From Parcubacteria group bacterium (GTDB lineage: Bacteria; Patescibacteriota; Minisyncoccia; Phycocordibacterales; Phycocordibacteraceae): DNA of 64,000 bases. The position numbers and the translations under genes were made by a program. The stretch covers positions 124,219-188,218 of the forward strand of contig JAQBRE010000002.1 of the NCBI GenBank assembly GCA_028286605.1. Reading direction: 5' to 3'. Positions 19,604-29,911 of the stretch are shown here, piece by piece; positions within the stretch are counted from its first letter, which is position 1; each line of letters opens with the position of its first letter. The notes beneath the pieces were generated by a model that did not search any database, had not been told where the DNA came from, and saw only the letters and a program-made list of their open reading frames with translations.

Positions 19604-20207
19604 TTCAGGCACGGCCGCGCCGGCACGGCGCGGTTTCACCCTCGTCGAGATGCTCGTGGTCATTGCTATCACGGTTATGGTCGGCGGTGCAGTAACGGGC
19701 ATGATCCAGTATTTCTATCAGAAGAATGCATACTTGCTTGAACAGACCGACGCGCTTGATAATGCCCGCCGCACGATGCTGGATGCTGTACGTTCTTTAC
19801 GCGAAGCGTCGTATGGGGACGATGGCGCATATCCGGTCGCCGTTGCAGCGACCTCTACCGTAACGTTCTTTGCTGACATCGATAGTGACGGTTCCGTAGA
19901 AAAGGTTCGTTATTATCTCTCTAATGGAACGTTATATCGCGGCGTAACTAATTCCGTAGGCTCGCCGCCTTCATATGCGGGTCAGCCCGAAGCAACAACG
20001 ACCGTTGCTGCTTATGTGCGCAACTCAACCTCTACGCCGCTCTTCACGTATTATGACAATACCGGCGCGACGCTTCCTGCCGTGTCTACCGATCCTTCAC
20101 AAGTTTCTGCCGTGATGGTGTCGGTATGGATCGACCTCAATCCGAACCGTGCGCCAAATGTATTTAATCTTTCGGAAACGGCGACGCTTCGCAATTTGCG
20201 CAATTAA
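19587..20207 (+). CDS. Minor pilin / pseudopilin with prepilin-type N-terminus
   Basis: ARRG|FTLVEMLVVIAITVMVGG class III signal sequence. Overlaps upstream gene by 17 nt. Confidence 0.65.
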   Translation: MQTRFNSGTAAPARRGFTLVEMLVVIAITVMVGGAVTGMIQYFYQKNAYLLEQTDALDNARRTMLDAVRSLREASYGDDGAYPVAVAATSTVTFFADIDSDGSVEKVRYYLSNGTLYRGVTNSVGSPPSYAGQPEATTTVAAYVRNSTSTPLFTYYDNTGATLPAVSTDPSQVSAVMVSVWIDLNPNRAPNVFNLSETATLRNLRN

Positions 20208-20208
20208 C

Positions 20209-21672
20209 ATGAACCGAACCTCATCTCATTTGCTCTATTCTCATCCGCGCGGCGGCTATCTTATGCTGATGGCTATTGTCTTCGGCGCTATCTTCCTTAC
20301 GGTTATCGGTGCGCTTTCAAGCTATGTGCTTACCGAGAATCATTCGCAGTCTTCTACGACAGGTCGCAGCAAGGCGCTCGCGATGGCGGAAGCGGGTTTG
20401 GAATATTATCGCTGGCATCTCGCGCATTTTCCCATCGATCTTCAGAACGGTACCAACCATCAAGGACCGTACACTATTCCGTATAACGATCCTGAAGGCG
20501 GCGTTGCTGGCTCTATTACGCTTGGTATCACCGGCAACATGTCGTGCGGGCAGATCACCTCTATCGATATTAATTCAACGGGCGCGCCGAACGACGGCAC
20601 GAATGTGTCGCGCACGCTGTATGCGAAATATGCGCAACCTACGGTTGCGCAGTATTCCTACATCCTGAACGACAGCGTATGGGCAGGTAGCGACCGCATT
20701 ATCAATGGGCCGTATCATGCGAACGGCGGTATCCGCATGGATGGTACAGCGAACGCGCCGGTTACCAGCTCGCTCGCGACATGGTCGTGCACTTCTTCCT
20801 TCGGCTGCGCTTCTACGCAGACCGTAAACGGCGTGTTCGGCGCCGGTCCGAATCAGAACCTCTGGTCATACCCTACGCCGCAGGTGGACTTCAGTGGTAT
20901 CGCGGCGAACTTCACAGCGCTCAAGGCGAAGGCGCAGGCGGGGGCACCAAGCGGCGGCATCTATCTTCCACGCATAAGCACCGGCACGAATACGACGAGC
21001 GTGAATTATTGGAAGGGCTATCACCTTACATTCAATGCTAATGGCACGGTTACTGTAACAAAGGTGACGGGCATTACGCCGCTCAGCGTAACGCCTGTAA
21101 ATAACGCTGACGCGACGACAGATTACACTCTGATTTCGAACGAGACCTCTTTTAATACGTATACGATTCCTGCAGCCTGCGGCCTTATCTATGTGGAAGA
21201 CAACGTGTGGGTAGATGGCGTCGTTCCTTCTAAAGTAACGCTCGTCGCAGCGAATGTCGTAACGGCAGGCATCGCACCGAATGCGATGCTGGACGGAAAC
21301 ATCACCTACGCGAATAGCTCAGCGGGCCTTACGCTCATTGCAGAGAACGACATTCTCATCACGCCGAATTCTCCCAACAACATGAGTCTGAATGGCATCT
21401 TCGTCGCACAGGGCGGCGCCTTTGGACGTAACTATTACGGCGCGTACGGATGCGGTGGCACCTATGAGCCTCGCAATTCGCTCACTATTCACGGTACGAC
21501 GGTTTCAAATAAGCGTACTGGTACGAAATGGGTGGATGGCTGCGGCAGTGGTAGCGATGCAGGCTATCAAAACCGTGTTGACGCGTACGACCGTGTTCTT
21601 TCAACGGACCCGCCGCCGTTTACGCCAGCCATCTCTTCGGTATTCCAGTTCGTCGATTGGCGAGAGGAGTAG
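20209..21672 (+). CDS. PilX-N-like pilus-associated protein
   Basis: N-terminal hydrophobic segment GGYLMLMAIVFGAIFLTVIGALSSYV typical of PilX N-terminal domain, then a large Thr/Asn-rich ectodomain. Confidence 0.5.
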   Translation: MNRTSSHLLYSHPRGGYLMLMAIVFGAIFLTVIGALSSYVLTENHSQSSTTGRSKALAMAEAGLEYYRWHLAHFPIDLQNGTNHQGPYTIPYNDPEGGVAGSITLGITGNMSCGQITSIDINSTGAPNDGTNVSRTLYAKYAQPTVAQYSYILNDSVWAGSDRIINGPYHANGGIRMDGTANAPVTSSLATWSCTSSFGCASTQTVNGVFGAGPNQNLWSYPTPQVDFSGIAANFTALKAKAQAGAPSGGIYLPRISTGTNTTSVNYWKGYHLTFNANGTVTVTKVTGITPLSVTPVNNADATTDYTLISNETSFNTYTIPAACGLIYVEDNVWVDGVVPSKVTLVAANVVTAGIAPNAMLDGNITYANSSAGLTLIAENDILITPNSPNNMSLNGIFVAQGGAFGRNYYGAYGCGGTYEPRNSLTIHGTTVSNKRTGTKWVDGCGSGSDAGYQNRVDAYDRVLSTDPPPFTPAISSVFQFVDWREE

Positions 21673-21684
21673 TACCATAGTGAT

Positions 21685-22425
21685 ATGATGATCGCCGCGA
21701 ATTGGAAGGCGTATGTAGAAACGCCACAGAAAGCGAAGGCGCTGTTCGCTGCAGCGAAGAAGCTCGCTGCGCGCAAAGGCTTGGAAATTGTTCTTGCGCC
21801 GCCTGCGCCTTACCTTGGCTTGCTTGCGCCCGGGAATCGTTCGAAAGTTTCTTTTGCTGCGCAAGATATCTCCGACTCTATGGGGGGCGCGGCTACCGGC
21901 GAAGTAACCGCTGCGGCAATCGCTAGCGTGGGGGCAACGTATGCGATCGTCGGTCATTCTGAGCGCCGCGCCCGTGGGGAGACCGACGCGATAGTCCTCA
22001 GCAAGGCGCAACACGCGCTTGCGCATGGCCTGCGGCCTATCTTATGCATAGGCGAACACGAGCGTGATAGCGAAGCGCACTACCTTCAATTCATTCGCGC
22101 ACAGATCAGTGTGGTCTTTTCCGCACTCACCATGCAAGAACGTCTGCAGGTCGTCGTTGCCTATGAACCGATCTGGGCGATAGGAAAAACCTCCGCTGAA
22201 GCGATTACTCCCGAAGATCTTGCCGAGATGGTCTTATATATACGAAAAGTCCTGGGCGACGGCCTCGTTGGTGATGCTCAGGCTACTAAGGTGCTGTACG
22301 GCGGCTCTGTTGAGCCAGGGAATGAGCGCAGCCTTGCTGGCGGAAGCGGGGTGGATGGCTTTCTTATAGGGCACGCGAGCACGAATGTTCAGGATTTTAT
22401 CCTGCTCGGCAAAGCAGTGTCGTAG
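21685..22425 (+). CDS. tpiA: Triosephosphate isomerase
   Basis: NWK, AIVGHSERR and CIGE motifs. Confidence 0.9.
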   Translation: MMIAANWKAYVETPQKAKALFAAAKKLAARKGLEIVLAPPAPYLGLLAPGNRSKVSFAAQDISDSMGGAATGEVTAAAIASVGATYAIVGHSERRARGETDAIVLSKAQHALAHGLRPILCIGEHERDSEAHYLQFIRAQISVVFSALTMQERLQVVVAYEPIWAIGKTSAEAITPEDLAEMVLYIRKVLGDGLVGDAQATKVLYGGSVEPGNERSLAGGSGVDGFLIGHASTNVQDFILLGKAVS

Positions 22426-22428
22426 GCG

Positions 22429-22635
22429 CTATTGTCCGAGCGTTTGAAGCGGCGTTACGTAATTCGCCATGAACGTAGGAATCGCAAAGGCGAGTCCTAT
22501 TACTGGCAGAACGAACAGTACGGCGGAGGTGATCAGCGTCCAAAGGAAATACTTGCGAGTTTTCTCGACAGAGATGTAAATCTTATCGATTTTCTGTTCA
22601 AGCGCAGCGAAACGAGTTTCAAGAATTGGATCCAT
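22429..22635 (-). CDS. Possible small tail-anchored membrane protein
   Basis: C-terminal TM helix. No supporting signals. Confidence 0.2.
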   Translation of the reverse strand: MDPILETRFAALEQKIDKIYISVEKTRKYFLWTLITSAVLFVLPVIGLAFAIPTFMANYVTPLQTLGQ

Positions 22636-22684
22636 ATGCAGAAAAGTATACCGTATGGCCAACGTCGTGCGGTATTATGCATTC

Positions 22685-23821
22685 ATGAGAAGTATCCGCG
22701 AAATTCCTGATCTTACGAACGTTCCCGTTCTGGTGCGTGCAGCACTGAATGTACCCATCGTTGATGGGAAAGTCGCGAATACGTTCCGATTGCGCAGCGC
22801 GCTCCCGACTGTCGAGTATCTTCGTTCAAAACATGCACGCGTTATCTTAATTGGTCACCTGGGTGAAAAAGGAACAGAAACGCTCGCACCCGTGTGCGAG
22901 GCGATGAAAGAATTCGTCCCGCGCCTTTCATTCTGCCCTGTATCTACGGGCCCGGACGCACGCGCTGCGGTACGTGCCATGGCTGCCGGCGATGTTCTGA
23001 TGCTTGAGAATCTTCGTCGTGATGCGGGTGAAGTGAAGAATGATAAGAAGTTCGCTGCGGCGCTTGCCGAGCTTGGCGATATCTTCGTGATGGATGCGTT
23101 TGATGTATGTCATCGCGAGCACGCGTCTGTCGTTGGCGTACCTGAATTACTGCAATCCTATGCCGGCCTGCTCGTTGAGGAAGAAGTGAAGCAGCTCACG
23201 AAGGCGCTCACGCCAGGAACGCCATCACTCGCAATCATCGGCGGTGCGAAGTTCTCTACGAAAGAGCCCGTGCTTACGCGATTGCTCGAAGTATATAATC
23301 GCGTGTTCGTAGGCGGAGCGCTCGCGAATGATTTCATGCGGGTGAGCGGGAAGGGAGTAGGAAAATCGCTCATATCAACGGATGCCGATGATCGCGCGAT
23401 ACGCACGCTTATGGCGAGTCCGCGCTTGATGCTGCCGCTCGATGAAATAACAGCGCCCGGCGGCTCAACGCGAAGCGCTGGCCACACGGTAGGAATCGAT
23501 GACGTGCCTGCGAATGAGATGATCCTTGATGATGGTCCCAAGACGGTGGACGCGCTCGCGAAGCTCGCGCTTAGCGCGAAGACTATCCTGTGGAATGGTC
23601 CGCTCGGGAATTATGAGAATGGCTTCGTCGATTCAACGGAAGGTCTCGCGAAGGCTATCGCGCAATCGAGCGCGTATTCAATACTCGGAGGTGGCGACAC
23701 GGTCGCCGCCGTTGAGAAGCTGGGTCTCTCCGATAAGTTCTCATTCATTTCTACAGGCGGTGGCGCGATGCTCGACTTCCTCGCTACCGGCACGCTTCCT
23801 GGCCTCAAAGAGCTAGGCTAA
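22685..23821 (+). CDS. pgk: Phosphoglycerate kinase
   Basis: Full-length PGK similarity from MRSIREI... Confidence 0.9.
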   Translation: MRSIREIPDLTNVPVLVRAALNVPIVDGKVANTFRLRSALPTVEYLRSKHARVILIGHLGEKGTETLAPVCEAMKEFVPRLSFCPVSTGPDARAAVRAMAAGDVLMLENLRRDAGEVKNDKKFAAALAELGDIFVMDAFDVCHREHASVVGVPELLQSYAGLLVEEEVKQLTKALTPGTPSLAIIGGAKFSTKEPVLTRLLEVYNRVFVGGALANDFMRVSGKGVGKSLISTDADDRAIRTLMASPRLMLPLDEITAPGGSTRSAGHTVGIDDVPANEMILDDGPKTVDALAKLALSAKTILWNGPLGNYENGFVDSTEGLAKAIAQSSAYSILGGGDTVAAVEKLGLSDKFSFISTGGGAMLDFLATGTLPGLKELG

Positions 23822-24223
23822 CTTCGCGCGAATCTTTTCGGCGATTTCGCTCGCTTCGCCCTCTTTGTAATCCTTGTGCGGCCACATGAAGAAGTTGTCG
23901 CCTTTGAATCGCGGAATAAGGTGCAGATGCATGTGGAAGACAATTTGTCCGGCCTCCGCACCATGGTTCGAATGAATGTTGAGCGCGTCAGCACCCACGG
24001 CATCACGGACTGCCGGCGCAATCTTTCGTACGGTTCGCATCACTGCGGCAAGCGTCGCGTCATCCGTATCGAAAATATTCTCTACCTGCTTCTTCGGAAT
24101 GACGAGCGTGTGCCCTGGGCTCACCGGTGCAATGTCCAGAAAGGCAAGGGTATCGTCATCCTCATAGATAATTTCTGCGGGTATCTCGCGCTTGATGATC
24201 TTGGTGAATATCGAATCTTCCAT
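23813..24223 (-). CDS. HIT family hydrolase
   Basis: Histidine triad HMHLHLIP. Confidence 0.8.
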   Translation of the reverse strand: MEDSIFTKIIKREIPAEIIYEDDDTLAFLDIAPVSPGHTLVIPKKQVENIFDTDDATLAAVMRTVRKIAPAVRDAVGADALNIHSNHGAEAGQIVFHMHLHLIPRFKGDNFFMWPHKDYKEGEASEIAEKIRAKLA

Positions 24224-24254
24224 ATGCGCGCATGATAACGCATTTTGATACACT

Positions 24255-26018
24255 ATGCAGACGATGCTTTCTTTCCACGACCTCCTTGATGAAGCGACCC
24301 GCGAAGCGCTCCATGCGTACGATGATTTCACTGCCGGCCTGCTCGCACGTCGCGGCATCATAACGAGTGATGCTGCTGAGGCATTTCTTTCGCCGAGTTA
24401 CGACAGGCATATTGGTGACCCGCTTCTTATTTTCAATATGCCGAAAGCGGCGAAGCGCATCGCTGATGCGATCGATTCGCAGGAGCGACTAACCGTGTGG
24501 AGCGATTACGATTGCGACGGCATTCCGGGTGGTACGCTTCTGCATGACTTCTTCAAGAAAGCCAAAGCGAATTTTACGAATTACATTCCGCACCGTCACC
24601 TTGAAGGATTCGGCCTGAACGAAATTGGTTTGAAGAAATTAGCAGAAGAAGGCACGACACTCATCATCACGGTTGACTGCGGCATTTCAGATGTCGAACA
24701 GGTCGCCTATGCGAAGTCACTCGGCATCGATGTGATCGTTACCGATCATCACTTGCCCAGGCGTGATGCGAATGGCGCCGAAGAACTTCCACCCGGCTTT
24801 ACCGTCGTTGATCCGAAACAGGAAGGTGAGACGAATGAGTTCCGTGATTTCTGCGGCGGCGGCCTCGCGTGGAAACTGGCGTGCGCCGTGCTTGCCGTCG
24901 GCTTCAAGGGTCGCGAAGATATTCCTACCGGCTGGGAAAAGTGGCTGCTCGATATGGCTGGCCTCTCGACGATTGCAGATATGGTTCCGCTTACTGGCGA
25001 GAATCGCGTGATCGCGAAATACGGACTGCTCGTGATGCGAAAGTCGCCGCGCATCGGCTTTCAGAAACTCTGCAGCATCGCGCGCGTGAATCAGAGATTC
25101 ATAACGGAAGACGATGTCGGTTTCATGATCGCGCCGCGTGTGAACGCAGCATCGCGTATGGGCGATCCGCGTGATGCGTTCGAACTGTTCACGACGACCG
25201 ATGAAGTGCGTGCCGATGAGCTCGCCAAGGAACTCGAGAAAGTGAATCGCAGCCGCAAGGCATCGGGCGCTGCGGTTACGCGTGCTGCGCATGAACGGCT
25301 GGAGAAACGAAAGGAAGAACTCGGCGGAACATTGCCTGCCGTAATCGCGATGGGTGATCCAGATTGGCGCCCAGGGCTGCTCGGCTTGGTGGCGAACTCG
25401 CTCGCTGAAGAATATGGACGGCCGGTCTTCTTGTGGGGACGCGAAGGAAGTATCACGGCGAAGGGATCGTGCCGTGCAGGAAGCAAAGGTGTTTCAGTCG
25501 TCGAACTTATGGCACTCACTACCGACGTATTCGTGGAAGCAGGCGGGCACGCAGCATCCGGAGGTTTCACGCTCAAAGATGACGCGGTGTTCTTTTTCGA
25601 AGAACGCATGTGTGCGGCCTTCGTGAAGCTTCCGCCGACAACGCTAACAGATAGAACACTTATTGCAGATTATTCAATCGAACACCCTGATGACTTGCGT
25701 GCACTCCTTAAGCGCACAGAACAGCTCGCGCCATACGGCATGAATAATCCGAAACCGGTATTCGCGTTACAGGAATGTGCGGTGACACAAGTTTCATGGT
25801 TTGGAAAAGGCGAAGAGCATCTGCGCGTGCGTGTCACACGTGATGACGGTTTCAATCAGGCGGAGCTCGAAGCGATTACGTTCTTCGCGCGTCGCGAGCT
25901 AGGAAAAAGTTGGGAGCGCCTTGAAGTGGGGAAGTCTGCGACACTTCTTGGTACACTCGAGCGCGACACCTTCACCCGTGGTCAGCCGGTGCGCATGCGA
26001 TTGCTGGCTATCGCGTAG
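24255..26018 (+). CDS. recJ: Single-stranded-DNA-specific exonuclease RecJ
   Basis: DHH motifs DYDCDG, ITVDCG, VTDHH, then DHHA1. Confidence 0.85.
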   Translation: MQTMLSFHDLLDEATREALHAYDDFTAGLLARRGIITSDAAEAFLSPSYDRHIGDPLLIFNMPKAAKRIADAIDSQERLTVWSDYDCDGIPGGTLLHDFFKKAKANFTNYIPHRHLEGFGLNEIGLKKLAEEGTTLIITVDCGISDVEQVAYAKSLGIDVIVTDHHLPRRDANGAEELPPGFTVVDPKQEGETNEFRDFCGGGLAWKLACAVLAVGFKGREDIPTGWEKWLLDMAGLSTIADMVPLTGENRVIAKYGLLVMRKSPRIGFQKLCSIARVNQRFITEDDVGFMIAPRVNAASRMGDPRDAFELFTTTDEVRADELAKELEKVNRSRKASGAAVTRAAHERLEKRKEELGGTLPAVIAMGDPDWRPGLLGLVANSLAEEYGRPVFLWGREGSITAKGSCRAGSKGVSVVELMALTTDVFVEAGGHAASGGFTLKDDAVFFFEERMCAAFVKLPPTTLTDRTLIADYSIEHPDDLRALLKRTEQLAPYGMNNPKPVFALQECAVTQVSWFGKGEEHLRVRVTRDDGFNQAELEAITFFARRELGKSWERLEVGKSATLLGTLERDTFTRGQPVRMRLLAIA

Positions 26019-26030
26019 TAGACTGGTTTC

Positions 26031-26462
26031 ATGGAATTCACTCTGTACGCCGATGGCGGCTCCCGCGGAAACCCAGGGCATGCCGGCGCTGGTTCGGTGG
26101 TATTTGATACGGCAGGGAAGCGCGTGGTGGAGGTTGCGGATTATCTTGGAATTGCCACTAATAATGTCGCGGAGTATGAAGCGGTGCTTCGCGGCCTCCA
26201 GCGATTACATGCGGCATATCCGGAAGGATACTTCGCGCAGATGCCACTGCTCATCCGCATGGACAGCAAGCTCGTCATTGAGCAGCTGAAGGGTAATTAC
26301 AAAGTGAAGCATCCGAACCTGATCCCACGCTATCTGGAGGTGAAGAATGTCCTCGCACGTAATTTCGGAACGGTTCGGTTTGAACACGTTCTTCGTGCGT
26401 TTAATAAGGACGCAGATGCCCTTGCGAACGAGGCAATGGATAACAAGATAGTTTCTTCATAA
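26031..26462 (+). CDS. rnhA: Ribonuclease HI family protein
   Basis: YADGGSRGNPG...AEYEAVLRGL...NKDADALAN. Confidence 0.8.
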   Translation: MEFTLYADGGSRGNPGHAGAGSVVFDTAGKRVVEVADYLGIATNNVAEYEAVLRGLQRLHAAYPEGYFAQMPLLIRMDSKLVIEQLKGNYKVKHPNLIPRYLEVKNVLARNFGTVRFEHVLRAFNKDADALANEAMDNKIVSS

Positions 26463-26516
26463 CTTCTTTAGAAGTTTTTTAAGATTCCTTGATGGGTAAT
26501 TTTGTATGCTTCCTGA

Positions 26517-28034
26517 ATGGAAGCATATTATTTTTATGCGGCAGTTTTTGGCTTCCTATTCAGTGTTTTTGTACGTTCGCTGATAGCAGTCCCTGAATGG
26601 TGCCTCGCGGGTGTAGCCATAGGAATAGTCGTGTGTGCTGGATTGATTTGCGTAATCAGGTATCGCTGGCTGGTTCTGCTCTGCGTCTTTCTCGTCGCTA
26701 GTTTTGTTGGAATCGAACGCACGAGCTATGCGCCTATCGCGTTGCCTCCGGAATTTAATTCGCTCTTGGACAAGAAGGTTACTCTCGAAGGAACCATCGT
26801 CGTACCTCCCGATCTTCGCGAATCCAGCGACCGGCTTACGGTGGAGGTTACGCGAGATAGCGTGAAGACACGTATCATCGCGAGTGCCGGACTTACGCCC
26901 GCATTCCATGTGGGAGACCGCGTACGTGTTTCCGGAATGCTAAAAACGCCCGCACCCTTCGATGGTGATGGCGGACGCATCTTTCGGTATGATCAATTTC
27001 TCGCTAAAGATGGTGTCTTCGGTATCATGCAGCCGGCGCAGGTATATATCATCGGGCGCGATTCAAGCGCATGGCTTTCGTTCTTGCGCATACTCGAATA
27101 TATAAAAGATACGTTCGATGCAGCTGTTGAGCGTACGATACCTCAGCCAGAAAGCGCGCTCGCAATCGGCATCATCGCAGGAGGAAAGCAAGGGCTCGGT
27201 ACACGATTACTCGATGCGTTTACAATCGCAGGCATGCTGCAGATCGTCGTGCTTTCCGGATACAACGTGATGATCGTCGCGGAAGGCGTATTGGCCGTGC
27301 TCCGCACGGCCCCCAAGCGAACCGCACTCATAATCGCCGCAGTCACTATCACGCTCTTCGTGCTCGCCGCTGGTGCAGGGTCTTCTGCCGTTCGTGCCGG
27401 TATCATGGCGCTCCTCGCACTTACCGCACGCGGTACGCATCGCACGTACGACGTGTTGCGCTCACTCTTCGCGGCGCTCGTATTGATGCTGCTCTGGAAT
27501 CCGCTACTCCTTACATTCGACCCGGGTCTCCAGCTTTCATTCATGGCGACACTGGGCCTCGTCCTCGGTTCTAATTTGATTGAGAAGAAATTCTTGTGGA
27601 TTCGAAACGGGACGTTCCGCGAAATGCTCGCGACGACGCTTGCGGCACAGATAGCCGTGCTGCCGGTGCTCTTGTATCAAAGCGGTAATCTTTCACTCGT
27701 TGCGATACCGGCGAATCTTTTGGCGATGCCGGTACTTCCAGCAGCAATGGCGGTTTCCGCCATTGCTGCACTGTGCGCCTTCATATTTTCGTCCTTCGTA
27801 CCGATGCTAACGCTTATTGTCGGTATTCCCGCCTACATCCTTCTTGCGTACGTAATCGGCATTGCGGATTACTCCGCGCGTATTCCCTATGCGAACATCA
27901 TTCTTCCCGCATTTCCGGCTTGGTGGCTTGTTCCTGCGTATGCGTTTCTTGGATATGTCGTATGGAGTGAAAAGAAGAAAGCCGCGCAAGCGGAGCTTGC
28001 GCGGCTTTCTTCAGCACTAGTCTCGGTTAAGTAG
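26517..28034 (+). CDS. comEC: ComEC/Rec2 family protein carrying the DUF4131 + competence-channel domains (no MBL domain)
   Basis: Multi-TM. IAGMLQIVVLSGYNVMIV competence-domain core. Confidence 0.7.
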   Translation: MEAYYFYAAVFGFLFSVFVRSLIAVPEWCLAGVAIGIVVCAGLICVIRYRWLVLLCVFLVASFVGIERTSYAPIALPPEFNSLLDKKVTLEGTIVVPPDLRESSDRLTVEVTRDSVKTRIIASAGLTPAFHVGDRVRVSGMLKTPAPFDGDGGRIFRYDQFLAKDGVFGIMQPAQVYIIGRDSSAWLSFLRILEYIKDTFDAAVERTIPQPESALAIGIIAGGKQGLGTRLLDAFTIAGMLQIVVLSGYNVMIVAEGVLAVLRTAPKRTALIIAAVTITLFVLAAGAGSSAVRAGIMALLALTARGTHRTYDVLRSLFAALVLMLLWNPLLLTFDPGLQLSFMATLGLVLGSNLIEKKFLWIRNGTFREMLATTLAAQIAVLPVLLYQSGNLSLVAIPANLLAMPVLPAAMAVSAIAALCAFIFSSFVPMLTLIVGIPAYILLAYVIGIADYSARIPYANIILPAFPAWWLVPAYAFLGYVVWSEKKKAAQAELARLSSALVSVK

Positions 28035-28623
28035 CGACGTCTAGAAAACGGCTCTCAACGACCGTCCAATTCACATTGCTCAGGAACGCGTCAACATACG
28101 ACTTTTTGTCTGCAGGAACATAATCAACCATATATGCGTGCTCCCAAAGGTCGATGGCGAGAATGACAGGGAGGCCGGCAAGCTGGCCCAACTCGTGATC
28201 GCTCACCCACGCCGTGTGAAGCGTTCGTCCGCGCGGGTCGAAATAGACGACCGTCCAGCCGATGCCGCGAGTGCCCGTCACTTCTTTCACATGCGCGATG
28301 AATTTCTCCCATGAACCGTATTTATCCATAGCAGCGCCGGCAAGCGGATTATTAGAATCTTCAGCCTGTGCGCCGCCCTCGAACTGCTCGAAATAATATT
28401 CGTGCATGCGCATGCCATCGAACTCGAATCCCATGCGACGACGAAGCTCTGCCATTACATAGGCATTTCCATCCGAATCTTCGGTACGGAGCTTCTCTAT
28501 CTTCTCCATAATAAGGTTCGTGTGCTTCACATATCCCTCGTAGAGCGCGAGGTGTACATCAATCTGCTTCTTGGAAAGTCCCTTTAATTCAGGGAGGTCG
28601 AACGTTCGTGCGGTGTAGGTCAT
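28027..28623 (-). CDS. sodA: Fe/Mn superoxide dismutase
   Basis: Metal ligands and DLWEHAYM motif. Fe versus Mn specificity not determinable by eye. Confidence 0.9.
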   Translation of the reverse strand: MTYTARTFDLPELKGLSKKQIDVHLALYEGYVKHTNLIMEKIEKLRTEDSDGNAYVMAELRRRMGFEFDGMRMHEYYFEQFEGGAQAEDSNNPLAGAAMDKYGSWEKFIAHVKEVTGTRGIGWTVVYFDPRGRTLHTAWVSDHELGQLAGLPVILAIDLWEHAYMVDYVPADKKSYVDAFLSNVNWTVVESRFLDVAT

Positions 28624-28687
28624 AGTGATGTGGATTAGTCTCTCAAGTATACGACGAGGCGTAGTGAGAAGCCCGTGAACAGGCCTA

Positions 28688-28716
28688 TTGCGTTATAATT
28701 GATAGTATGTCATAAT
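28688..28716 (+). promoter_or_regulatory. Sigma70-like promoter for 28753 gene
   Basis: TTGCGT-17nt-CATAAT. Confidence 0.4.
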
Positions 28717-28752
28717 GATTTTCGACGAGTAATCTTTAGAAGGGGGATAGAA

Positions 28753-29031
28753 ATGATACTGCGACGGGACTGGGATCAGTTCCGGGAACAATTTCCGGAA
28801 CTGGCCGAAACGGTCAAGACCCTCGGCGCCTCAATCTATGAAATGGGCGCTATGGAGGGCGGATCTTCTAAAGAACTGAAAGAGCTTTGCAGCATACTTG
28901 CTGAAGCGTCGAGCGAAGCCCGGCACCTGCTGGGAATCAGCACCCCGCTGGAATCACCTTTGGTTCTGCGGTCAGTCTTTACTCTCGGAGCTCAAATGCT
29001 CTTCAATCTCGAACAAGGACGGTCATGCTAA
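28753..29031 (+). CDS. Hypothetical protein (93 aa)
   Basis: Promoter plus SD-like aagggggat upstream. Followed by a bidirectional terminator. Confidence 0.4.
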   Translation: MILRRDWDQFREQFPELAETVKTLGASIYEMGAMEGGSSKELKELCSILAEASSEARHLLGISTPLESPLVLRSVFTLGAQMLFNLEQGRSC

Positions 29032-29049
29032 TGAACCGGCCAACAAAAA

Positions 29050-29090
29050 ACAAACGGCTGTCCCTTTCAGGACAGCCGTTCAACTTTTAT
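29050..29090. terminator. Bidirectional intrinsic terminator
   Basis: aacggctgtcc-ctttca-ggacagccgtt flanked by A-run and T-run. Confidence 0.65.
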
Positions 29091-29092
29091 AA

Positions 29093-29809
29093 CTACTCGG
29101 GAGGAAAATCATCGGACCCAATTATCTTCTTCATTTCTTCTACGCAATCAGCAGCAATCGCCCAGTCTTTTATGAGATCACGGTCATCAAGCGCTTTACT
29201 TGAGAATATGACTGCCTCGTGAGTCGCGGTGCCTTCTTCAAGAACCGATCCTGGCTGCCATACGACAGCTGCTTTGTATTCTGCATACTCTTTCCCCTCT
29301 TGAAGGAGTGAATTGAATGTACGTAGGCTTGTAAGCAGTGATTCATGCACGCGCCTGCGCTCACCATCTGCATGCTCAAATGCATTCCGCCTTTCTTCGT
29401 CATTCATTCGAAGTAACTGACGCTTAACCGTATGGAACTTTATGATCGAACTGACGTACCGCCTGCACCAAGTGCGAATACTGGCAGCTTGTCCTCGAAT
29501 TAGTTTTCCTATACGGACTGCTTCTGCATCTTCCGGATCCGCTTCCAGCGGATCCGAAGCAGCACGTGCTGCTTCTGAAAGAGAATCGATAGTCGGTATC
29601 ATTCCGCGCTCATACTGACCTACCATTGGAGCATTCTCTAGATGATCAAGGTCCTCGTGAAAAGAGTGATAGGCACTGATCTTAGTCTCATGATTCATTA
29701 CGGTAGCAGACTCGGTCTCACATGCGCTGCGAAAATGAGCAAGCAGATCCTCTTCAGGCTTTGGTGCTGACTCTATAGATTGCCTGGGTTTGGCTGGTCC
29801 TTCATTCAT
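29093..29809 (-). CDS. Hypothetical acidic protein (238 aa)
   Basis: Long ORF, no recognisable motif. Confidence 0.4.
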   Translation of the reverse strand: MNEGPAKPRQSIESAPKPEEDLLAHFRSACETESATVMNHETKISAYHSFHEDLDHLENAPMVGQYERGMIPTIDSLSEAARAASDPLEADPEDAEAVRIGKLIRGQAASIRTWCRRYVSSIIKFHTVKRQLLRMNDEERRNAFEHADGERRRVHESLLTSLRTFNSLLQEGKEYAEYKAAVVWQPGSVLEEGTATHEAVIFSSKALDDRDLIKDWAIAADCVEEMKKIIGSDDFPPE

Positions 29810-29911
29810 ACCCGCGAGTATAACAGGTCCAGGAGAACTTTCAGTATTTCTTTATTTCGCTACTATTTTTCCTTGATAGAAGAGCGGTGCAAGGCACGAT
29901 AGAATACAGAT

